Origin: Patescibacteria group bacterium
GTDB lineage: Bacteria; Patescibacteriota; Minisyncoccia; Phycocordibacterales; UBA918
Length of the DNA stretch: 64,000 nt
Direction of reading: 5' to 3'
Assembly: GCA_038065355.1 (NCBI GenBank)
Contig: JBBTRC010000007.1
Location: 42,333 to 106,332, forward strand
Shown: positions 8,861-16,125 of the stretch, piece after piece
Numbering within the stretch: position 1 is the stretch's first letter
Layout of the letters: every line of letters starts with the position of its first letter
The notes under the pieces: generated by a model
Database searches by the model: none
Seen by the model: the letters and a program-made list of their open reading frames with translations, nothing else
What the model was told of the DNA's origin: nothing
Program-made: the position numbers and the translations under genes

Positions 8861-9724
8861 CTACGAAATTGATTGTAGAAAGCGCGTGAAGTCCATTTCT
8901 TGTTTGCCAGCGGGGACAACGCGGAGGAGGCGGAGCTCGCCCGAGGGGGCGAGCTCCGCCTTTTTAATTTTTACCCGCTCGCCGTTGTAGAGAAAGTAGG
9001 CGTCACCGATTCCAAGGAGTGCATTGATGCGGCACAGTACTAGAAAGGCCGTGTCGCCAGCTGGTAGCGCGTGCGGGTTCAAATCGAGTAAAAAATCTTC
9101 CTTCGCAAATTTGCCCGTGTAGGTAGCGGCTTCATGCATTTGTTCTTGCGGCAATAGCTCACCGGCGAGCCACGCCGGCAGTGCGTCAGCGAGTAGTTCA
9201 CCACCCATTTTTGCGAGTGCACTATCAAGTTCCGGGCCGGGCACGGGCCAATTCTCGCTCGCTATTTCAAAGGGTGCTTGGTCGAGAATTGGCCCGTGGT
9301 CCATCTTCTCATCCATCAACATAATACTGATGCCGATCTCATCACGCTTGTTTTCTAAAATGGCAGTGCGGATAGGGCTTGGCCCCCGAAGTTTTGGCAA
9401 AAGCGACGGGTGTACGTTGAGCACACCGTGTTTCGGAATTTGGAGTAACCATTTCGGCAGTATGAAGTTGTACGCCACGACCACAAACACGCCCCACGCT
9501 TGTTCTGTGAGAGGAGTGAGAGCGGCTTTATCTTTGTATGAAGTCGGTTGAAATACATTAATCTGATGTGCCTCCGCCCATTCTTTTACCGGTGGCGGGG
9601 TGAGCTTTTGCCCGCGGCCGCTTGGCTTATCGGGACTGCAGACGATCAAATCCGGTTGTATATTTGCCGCCCTTAATTCTTCAAGCACAGAAACGCCAAG
9701 CGGCTCGCCGCCAAAAAAGACCAT
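8861..9724 (-). CDS. fmt: Methionyl-tRNA formyltransferase
   Basis: MVFFGG start, N-terminal formyltransferase fold with HPSLLPKLRGPSPI. Immediately downstream of def. Start trimmed from the ORF maximum 9841. Confidence 0.85.
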   Translation of the reverse strand: MVFFGGEPLGVSVLEELRAANIQPDLIVCSPDKPSGRGQKLTPPPVKEWAEAHQINVFQPTSYKDKAALTPLTEQAWGVFVVVAYNFILPKWLLQIPKHGVLNVHPSLLPKLRGPSPIRTAILENKRDEIGISIMLMDEKMDHGPILDQAPFEIASENWPVPGPELDSALAKMGGELLADALPAWLAGELLPQEQMHEAATYTGKFAKEDFLLDLNPHALPAGDTAFLVLCRINALLGIGDAYFLYNGERVKIKKAELAPSGELRLLRVVPAGKQEMDFTRFLQSIS

Positions 9725-9734
9725 TGAGTGTCCA

Positions 9735-10286
9735 CTAGGCGTTGGCATCGTGGGGTGCTTTAGCGGCTTCGTGGACGGTAACGTCGCGCAGTTCGTCCTT
9801 TGTCCAGACTTTTTCAGCTCGGTCGACAAACAGCGTACCATCGAGGTGGTCGTTCTCGTGCTGAATTATTTGCGCCAAGAGGCCGCCGGCGCCACGTGTA
9901 AATTTTTTACCGTGTTCGTCATACGCGACAAGCGTCACGTTGGTGTGACGTCGCACAACGCCATAGCCGTCAGGTACCGACAAGCACCCCTCGCCAACCT
10001 CATGGGTTTTTTTTGAAAATTTAGTAATGTGAGGATTGATAGCGACAAGCGTCGGCAAACGGTCTTCCTCGCCGCTCTGGTCTTCGATTAAAAACAGGCG
10101 CTTCGCTACGCCAATTTGCGGCGCCGCAATCGCCACCGCCGCGTAGCCATCGACACTGTAGGTTTTTATCGCCGCTCGCATGTTTTTGAGAATTTTTTCT
10201 ACCGTGCCATCGGTAAATTCCTCCGGCGTAATCTCCTCCGCAATGCTGTGGAGAGCCATGTGATTTTGTGGTACCAGTTTGGCCAT
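9735..10286 (-). CDS. def: Peptide deformylase
   Basis: All three PDF motifs are present: GYAAVAIAAPQIG (GxGxAAxQ), EGCLS and QHENDHLDG (HExxH). Start at MAKLVPQ. Confidence 0.9.
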   Translation of the reverse strand: MAKLVPQNHMALHSIAEEITPEEFTDGTVEKILKNMRAAIKTYSVDGYAAVAIAAPQIGVAKRLFLIEDQSGEEDRLPTLVAINPHITKFSKKTHEVGEGCLSVPDGYGVVRRHTNVTLVAYDEHGKKFTRGAGGLLAQIIQHENDHLDGTLFVDRAEKVWTKDELRDVTVHEAAKAPHDANA

Positions 10287-10331
10287 ATTTATAGCGGTAT
10301 TATAGCAAAGGAAGCAGATTTTTGCGATACT

Positions 10332-10363
10332 AAAAGAAAACCCTACGCGCGAACGCGTAGGGT
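10332..10363 (-). terminator. Rho-independent terminator after sigma-region-4 gene (minus strand)
   Basis: 10-bp stem ACCCTACGCG/CGCGTAGGGT with T-run on the minus strand (AAAAGAAAA on plus). Confidence 0.55.
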
Positions 10364-10387
10364 AGTGGTCAGTCTCTGGAGCAAAGA

Positions 10388-11110
10388 TCAAAGTTCGGCC
10401 AGGATGTCCTCGTCCAGATGATAGAGAGTGCAACCGTCCTTGGTAACAAATTTTTGCGCAACGGTTTGCCTGAAGAGCCCCATCAATGATGGATGTGAGA
10501 GTTTTTTCAGAGCCCCCGATTCAATTTGCAGCACACGCATCCCACTGATACCTAGCTCTTTCGCAATCTCTTCTGCCGTCGCTTCACGCCCATTGTGCAA
10601 TCCGAAACGCAAGCGCAACACGCGTTCCTCCCGGGATGTTAACTTTGAGAGCGCCTTGGCCAAAGCTTTTCTTGTCTCGTCTGCCTGGAGTAACAGTTCT
10701 GGTGTCGACTGCCCCGATTTAGCATTTGTAAGCTGTTGCACCTCAGCAAATGTCATTTCCGCATGAGCGCGGTTTTTCTTCAGAGAGAGAAATTCTTGCT
10801 CGGTACTGAAGATGTCTTCTGGTAGACACTGAAGTGCAGCGCATATTTCGTGTACGATACTTCGCCAGCTGCCATCTTTAAGTCGGGCGGGTAGCTTCAT
10901 TCCAATCAATAGAAGAATATTGCCGTAAGCACTTGGTTTGCCTATGAGAGTGGCCAAATCTCTGGCGCTTTTAATCTCATGCTCCTCCATTTTGGTAAGC
11001 AGAAGATTGTTTCTGACAATGAACTCAACTCGGAGTGGCTTTGGATTCGACATCGCGTCCTCCCGTAAACTTGCTAATGTAGATTGTACACTGTTTTTAG
11101 TGTATGTCAA
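10388..11110 (-). CDS. Orphan sigma-70 region 4 (RpoD-like 4.1/4.2) domain protein lacking region 2
   Basis: C-terminus LTSREERVLRLRFGLHNGREATAEEIAKELGISGMRVLQIESGALKKLSHPS closely mirrors RpoD region 4.2 including the KLRHPS tail. The N-terminal 140 aa have no region 2/3 motifs. Confidence 0.55.
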   Translation of the reverse strand: MTYTKNSVQSTLASLREDAMSNPKPLRVEFIVRNNLLLTKMEEHEIKSARDLATLIGKPSAYGNILLLIGMKLPARLKDGSWRSIVHEICAALQCLPEDIFSTEQEFLSLKKNRAHAEMTFAEVQQLTNAKSGQSTPELLLQADETRKALAKALSKLTSREERVLRLRFGLHNGREATAEEIAKELGISGMRVLQIESGALKKLSHPSLMGLFRQTVAQKFVTKDGCTLYHLDEDILAEL

Positions 11111-11112
11111 TT

Positions 11113-13005
11113 TTACACAATCCGCTCGGGATTCACTTCTATCTTTATGTAAGGAGGAAGGGTTTTGATGCGTTCCAGTAGAGTTTGATAGGTTGCTTTG
11201 TCATCGGTCTTTAGTCGTAAGAGTGCGTGGGCGAGGGTTTTTTGCGGCGTTGAATTGGGGTTGGTATAAAATTGAGACTCGCCAGACTTAAGGCTGTTTT
11301 TTACCAGTTTACCCACTTCATTCGCGGCGGCCTCCACCCCCGACCATGAGAGCAGAATGAAAGTGGCGTACGGTGGGTAGTGCAACATACGGCGGAGTGA
11401 GATTTCGTCATCATAAAAACGTTCGAGTGCGCCACGCGTGGCATAGGTAAGGAGGGCGTCGGTTTCACTTCGTGTTTGTATCAAGACCTCTTTGGCGGTA
11501 AATTCTCGCAGACGAAGTAATAGTCGAAAAAGAGATTCGTCGGCGCGCCAGGTCGGAATCGAGCGCGTGGCGTCGAGGGACACAACCGCACTCATCTCGA
11601 CACCTCGGCTCAAAAAAGGTAGCGCAATCTGCGTACCGATAAGCACCCCGGATTTTTTGGCAAAAAAATCGTCGGCAATTTTCTTCGCGCGTTTGCCGGT
11701 CGGAGCGGTCAGGTGGTCGATGATAAACGCGTCACTGTCCGGCATTTTTTCTTGCCACTCATCATAAACGTGCTGTACCCCCACACCGCGTTCTCGCAAG
11801 CGCCACGAACCGCACTCGCTGCAGACATCAGCCGCCCGAACTTTTGTGCCCGAGGTGTTTGATACGAACCAGCGTTCTTCTTTATCTCCAGTTCGAGTTC
11901 GAATCAGAGAGTAGGGAGTATTAGAGTCAGGGCAACGAAAGATGTGGCCGCAGTCGATGCAGGCAACGACCGGCGCGAGGCCACTGCGAGCCGCATACAA
12001 AAAGACGTGGCCACGCGCCTCCAGCGTCCGTGTCGCACTCCGTAGCAACTCCGGCGAAAATAGCTGAAACGGGCAGTCGGGTTTTGGTTTGTCTTTCTGT
12101 TTGACGATAGTTAAAGGGGCGGTAAAGGCCAGGCGTTTCACTTCTTCTCCAAGCGTCGTGTACCGCTCGCTTCGCCGGTGCACTTCGTCTTCGGTGCGCG
12201 GGACGGTGTCGCCGAGAATAATACTGCGGCCGGAAACAGCTGCATACGCGATGAGCGCGTCGCGATGGTCGAGGTAGGGACGTTGTCTCGTTTTATAATG
12301 GGGACTGGCGGACTGCTCGACAATGATGCTGAGCAAGTCGATTCGTTCGACGTACGCGTAGGCTGGCGTTGTAATAATGAGTTTGGCCAAGGTTTCGTCT
12401 TCAAGTTTGGCAAATGCATCATCACGTTGGCGCTTGGTGTGGGATGGTGAAATAACGACGAGACGTTCTTCGATACCTTGTCGAAGTTCCTCAACTATAT
12501 AATCGATTTCCACCGCCGTTGGTACCACCAGCAACACCGAACCGCGATGAGCGAAGGTACTCCTAATATGACTTTTGTACGCCAGAATGCGTTCGTCAAA
12601 CCGTCCCGTCAAAATCTGCGGCGTGCTGTCTTCAGTGTGCAGGATTGGGTTTACGACTGGATACGAACGCGCACCCTTGCGCACGTCCGGCGGCAAGAGT
12701 GTGTATATGATAGAACCAACCGTCGCCGGATAGAGCAGAACCAAGCGCGCGGCGGTATCGCGTACGGTTTTGGGCAGCACGGTGGGTTTGTCTTGGTTGG
12801 GCAGTTTGCGTAAAGAAAAGGTGGCCGCTTTGAGCGCCGTTTTTGTACTGCTCACCGGCTTGCTGTCGAGTACGATAGCAGCCTGATTTTTGCCGCGTAT
12901 CGGCACTTGAATAAAGCTCCCGAGCTCGTAGTTGCTACTTGAGAAATAGGAAAGTGATTCAAGCTGGGTGCCACGAATGAGAGGAATGACATGAATCACG
13001 AACAT
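11113..13005 (-). CDS. priA: Primosomal protein N' (PriA) homolog with degenerate Walker A/B
   Basis: N-terminal 3'-DNA-binding domain and central Cys cluster CIDCGH...CPDSNT...CSECGS. Collinear with E. coli PriA, but GxGKT is replaced by TGRFDER and DEEH by VEQS. Confidence 0.75.
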   Translation of the reverse strand: MFVIHVIPLIRGTQLESLSYFSSSNYELGSFIQVPIRGKNQAAIVLDSKPVSSTKTALKAATFSLRKLPNQDKPTVLPKTVRDTAARLVLLYPATVGSIIYTLLPPDVRKGARSYPVVNPILHTEDSTPQILTGRFDERILAYKSHIRSTFAHRGSVLLVVPTAVEIDYIVEELRQGIEERLVVISPSHTKRQRDDAFAKLEDETLAKLIITTPAYAYVERIDLLSIIVEQSASPHYKTRQRPYLDHRDALIAYAAVSGRSIILGDTVPRTEDEVHRRSERYTTLGEEVKRLAFTAPLTIVKQKDKPKPDCPFQLFSPELLRSATRTLEARGHVFLYAARSGLAPVVACIDCGHIFRCPDSNTPYSLIRTRTGDKEERWFVSNTSGTKVRAADVCSECGSWRLRERGVGVQHVYDEWQEKMPDSDAFIIDHLTAPTGKRAKKIADDFFAKKSGVLIGTQIALPFLSRGVEMSAVVSLDATRSIPTWRADESLFRLLLRLREFTAKEVLIQTRSETDALLTYATRGALERFYDDEISLRRMLHYPPYATFILLSWSGVEAAANEVGKLVKNSLKSGESQFYTNPNSTPQKTLAHALLRLKTDDKATYQTLLERIKTLPPYIKIEVNPERIV

Positions 13006-13148
13006 GGGAGGGTATTATAGCAAAATCTCAACCCACCTAGAATTACTATTTTCTACGCCCACCGCCCCAACACCGCCCTCCGAAAATAGTAATTCTAGGT
13101 GGGCTGCAGTCGCAAAACTAAGTGTAACTCAATAGTGGAAGTGTAGAC

Positions 13149-14648
13149 CTAAAACTCGTCTAGGTAGGCGATTTTGGCGCCGAGCGAAGCGAGGCGCTCG
13201 ACCAGCTTTTCGTAGCCGCGGTTAATGCTGTAGATGTTGCGCAACACCGAAGTGCCGGAAGCGCCAAGCATGGCGATCAAAAGAATAGTCGCTGGCCGGA
13301 GCGCCGGCGGACAGATCAGCTCGGTGGCACGAAGTTTCGAAGGGCCGGTAATGTAGATACGGTGGGGGTCAGCTAGGACGGTCTCGGCGCCGAGTTTGTC
13401 GAGCTCGGTAAAATAGATGGCCCGTTTATCGTACATCCAGTCGTGAATCAAAGTTTGACCGGCTGCTTGAGTAGCGATGACGGCAAAAAATGGCAGGTTA
13501 TCAGCATTGATGCCGGGGTAAGGGCGCGAGTGGATTTTATCCGCCGCCGCGGTGAGTTTTGATGGCTTGGTAGTGATGTCAACCAATTTCACTTGACCAT
13601 TGGCGCCGAGGTATGGCTTTGACATGGTGTACTTGAAACCCATCTTTTTTAACGTGAGGAGTTCTAGTTCAAGAAATTCAATCGGACAGCGGGTAATGGT
13701 GATCGAAGAATTAGTCACGATGGCCGCGGTCAAAAAGAACATGCTGTCGGTCGGGTCTTCAGCCAAAGTGTACTCGATGTCTTTTTTAATCTCATCAACT
13801 CCGGTGACGGTGAGTGTGGTGGTACCGACGCCGTCAATCTGCACACCAAGCTCACGCAGGAACACGCACAGCTCCTGCACCATGTAGTTGGCTGAAGCGT
13901 ACTTAATGACAGTAGTGCCGGGGAAGCGGGCGGCGGCCATAAGCACGTTTTCGGTCACGGTGTCGCCCGATTCATAGAGTATGATTTCTTGGGGTTGTTT
14001 TTTCTTGACACTCACCTCGTAGGTGTCGTTGGTGGTTTTGATATCGACACCAAATTCTTCAAGTGCATAGAAATGCGGTCGCACCGTGCGGCTACCGAGC
14101 TTGCAGCCGCCCGACTGCGGTAACGAAAATGTTTTGAGGTGGTGGATGAGCGGCCCGATAAACATGACGATGCTGCGGGTGCGTTTGGCGGATTCGGTGT
14201 TGATGCGTGCTAGGTTAAATGTCCGTGGTGGTGTGATTGAGACAGAGCTTTTGTCCCACTCTACTCGTACGCCGATACTCTGGAGCACCTCAATCAGACG
14301 ATGCACTTCTTCGATACGCGGCATTTTATGAAGTCTCGTCGTGCCGCGATTTAAAAGAGACGCACACAGGAGGCCGACTGCGCCGTTTTTTGATGAATTT
14401 GTTTCGATGGCACCCGTCAGCGTCTGGCCGCCGTCGACACGTACGCTTACGGTACCAGGCGAGAGGGTAATGAGGTTTTTGCCGAGCGCTTTGCCGATAC
14501 GGCGGAGCATGTCGGCACTCACATTTTGCCGGCCCGACTCAATGCGGGCGACCGCGCTCTGGGTAGTTTTAATTTTTTTGGCGAGGGCGGCCTGCGTTAT
14601 CCCAAGTGTTTCTCGCACGTCCGCGATGCGGTTTCCTATGTGTGACAT
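13149..14648 (-). CDS. murA: UDP-N-acetylglucosamine 1-carboxyvinyltransferase (MurA) with fused N-terminal XRE-family HTH domain
   Basis: N-terminus LGITQAALAKKIKTTQSAVARIESGRQNVSADMLRRIGKAL is a classic Cro/C1 HTH. The body has MurA motifs SGGCKLGSRTVRPHF (active-site Cys loop) and a C-terminal RGYEKLVERLASLGAKI. Start at MSHIGNR. Confidence 0.8.
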   Translation of the reverse strand: MSHIGNRIADVRETLGITQAALAKKIKTTQSAVARIESGRQNVSADMLRRIGKALGKNLITLSPGTVSVRVDGGQTLTGAIETNSSKNGAVGLLCASLLNRGTTRLHKMPRIEEVHRLIEVLQSIGVRVEWDKSSVSITPPRTFNLARINTESAKRTRSIVMFIGPLIHHLKTFSLPQSGGCKLGSRTVRPHFYALEEFGVDIKTTNDTYEVSVKKKQPQEIILYESGDTVTENVLMAAARFPGTTVIKYASANYMVQELCVFLRELGVQIDGVGTTTLTVTGVDEIKKDIEYTLAEDPTDSMFFLTAAIVTNSSITITRCPIEFLELELLTLKKMGFKYTMSKPYLGANGQVKLVDITTKPSKLTAAADKIHSRPYPGINADNLPFFAVIATQAAGQTLIHDWMYDKRAIYFTELDKLGAETVLADPHRIYITGPSKLRATELICPPALRPATILLIAMLGASGTSVLRNIYSINRGYEKLVERLASLGAKIAYLDEF

Positions 14649-14656
14649 GAGCAATA

Positions 14657-14676
14657 GCATAGCATATGCGCTATGC
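14657..14676. promoter_or_regulatory. Inverted repeat GCATAGC-n6-GCTATGC (contains palindrome GCATATGC), a candidate operator 9-28 nt upstream of the HTH-MurA start
   Basis: 7-bp perfect arms, overlapping 8-bp palindrome. Position and the fused HTH suggest autoregulation. Confidence 0.35.
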
Positions 14677-14697
14677 GTGGAAGAAACTGTGAAATAC

Positions 14698-14726
14698 TTG
14701 ACAATTAACCTTGAGTGTGATATTAT
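14698..14726 (+). promoter_or_regulatory. Strong sigma-70-like promoter TTGACA-17-TGnTATTAT (extended -10)
   Basis: Consensus -35, 17-nt spacer, TGA-TATTAT extended -10. Confidence 0.55.
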
Positions 14727-14751
14727 GAAGAGAGTCAACAAGAGGTGCGAC

Positions 14752-14907
14752 ATGAAGATTATTTTTAAAGTTCTGCGCGGTATCTGCAGGTTCTTGATTC
14801 TGGCCCTGACGCAGGACCCTTACGCCGAAGTTCGGCGTATAGGTCTGCTCGGCATGCTCGAGGAGCGTCGTCAGAATCCGGCCGCTTTCGCCCATGAGGG
14901 ATGCTAG
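14752..14907 (+). CDS. Small protein (51 aa) in a self-contained promoter/SD/terminator module. Alternatively a ~230-nt sRNA
   Basis: SD AAGAGGTG 4 nt before the ATG. Sequence MKIIFKVLRGICRFLILALTQDPYAEVRRIGLLGMLEERRQNPAAFAHEGC. Terminator follows at 14931. Confidence 0.35.
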   Translation: MKIIFKVLRGICRFLILALTQDPYAEVRRIGLLGMLEERRQNPAAFAHEGC

Positions 14908-14930
14908 ACCGCCGTGTTGACACAATAGGT

Positions 14931-14968
14931 GCCCGAACTTCCGTAAGGAGGTTCGGGCACTATTTTTT
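14931..14968 (+). terminator. Rho-independent terminator
   Basis: Stem GCCCGAAC(TTCC)/(GGAG)GTTCGGGC followed by ACTATTTTTT. Confidence 0.6.
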
Positions 14969-15017
14969 ACCCTCAATTTCCTCTATTTTCTTTAATGCAG
15001 TACTATGATGCTACTGT

Positions 15018-16031
15018 ATGTTTGGTAGCTTTACTCCTAAAGTCGGAATTGATCTTGGTACTACCAATATTTTGGTGTTTGTTCCTGGTCAAGGCATTGT
15101 ATTAAATGAACCGTCGGTGGTGGCCATCTCCGACAACAATCAAGTGCTGGCGGTCGGCACGGAAGCGAAGCTTATGATTGGCCGCACCCCTGACACTATA
15201 CGTGCGTACCGCCCCATGCGTGACGGCGTGATTGCCGACTACCGCGTGACGGAGACAATGCTCCGTTACTTTCTCCGCAAATCCATGAGCAAATACAGTC
15301 TGTTCAAACCAGACGTGATGGTGTCGGTGCCGGCCGGTGTAACCTCGACCGAACGGCGGGCGGTCATCGAAGCGGCCATCAAAGCCGGCGCTAAAAACGC
15401 CTACGTGGTGAAAGAGCCGATTTTGGCCGCCATTGGCGCCGGTGTCCCCATTTATGAGCCGCAGGGACACATGATCGTCGACATCGGCGGGGGTACGATT
15501 GACGTGGCGGTGATTTCGCTTGGCGGCATTGTCGCCGCCAACTCGGTGAAGTGTGCGGGCAACCGCATTGATGCGGCCATCATCGACTACATCAAAAAAT
15601 CCCGCAACCTCTCAGTCGGCGAAAAGACCGCTGAAGAAATCAAAATCCAGATTGGTTCGGCCTTGCCGGTTGAGGAAGAATTAACGATGGACATAAAAGG
15701 ACGGGACGTGTTGTCCGGTTTGCCGCGCACCACCGAACTGAAGACAAATGAAGTAGTGCGCGCAATCAGCCGCGAACTGCGAGAAATGGTCAAAGCCATC
15801 AAAGACGTTTTTCAAGAAACGCCGCCCGAGCTCGCCGCCGACATCATCGATGGCGGCATCATCATGACCGGCGGCACATCGCAACTGCGCAATTTTCCCG
15901 AGCTCATTCGCCGCCGCACCGGCGTGAAAGCGGTGGTGGCTGATCAGGCGCTTTTTTGTGTCGCCAAAGGTACCGGCATTGCGCTTGAACACCTTGATGT
16001 CTACAAACGCGCCGTGTTCGCCAAGAAGTAA
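15018..16031 (+). CDS. mreB: Rod shape-determining protein MreB (solitary paralog, Mbl/MreBH-like position)
   Basis: VGIDLGTTNILVFV...NEPSVVAI, phosphate-1/2 and adenosine motifs of actin-fold MreB, 337 aa. Confidence 0.85.
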   Translation: MFGSFTPKVGIDLGTTNILVFVPGQGIVLNEPSVVAISDNNQVLAVGTEAKLMIGRTPDTIRAYRPMRDGVIADYRVTETMLRYFLRKSMSKYSLFKPDVMVSVPAGVTSTERRAVIEAAIKAGAKNAYVVKEPILAAIGAGVPIYEPQGHMIVDIGGGTIDVAVISLGGIVAANSVKCAGNRIDAAIIDYIKKSRNLSVGEKTAEEIKIQIGSALPVEEELTMDIKGRDVLSGLPRTTELKTNEVVRAISRELREMVKAIKDVFQETPPELAADIIDGGIIMTGGTSQLRNFPELIRRRTGVKAVVADQALFCVAKGTGIALEHLDVYKRAVFAKK

Positions 16032-16125
16032 AAATTTTTCCACAAAAGACTCCGCAGTATCTTTAAGTTTAAAAGGGGATTAGGTCGCATCCTTGTCTCT
16101 GTTTCGCGGTACTATAATAGGTACT

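Noticed and set aside
16093-16125. Upstream TTG-initiated N-terminal extension (MSLFRGTIIGT) of the large ATPase given in the ORF track
   Set aside because: The ATG at 16126 lies right after a TATAAT box. The upstream extension would overlap that promoter element, so I preferred the ATG.
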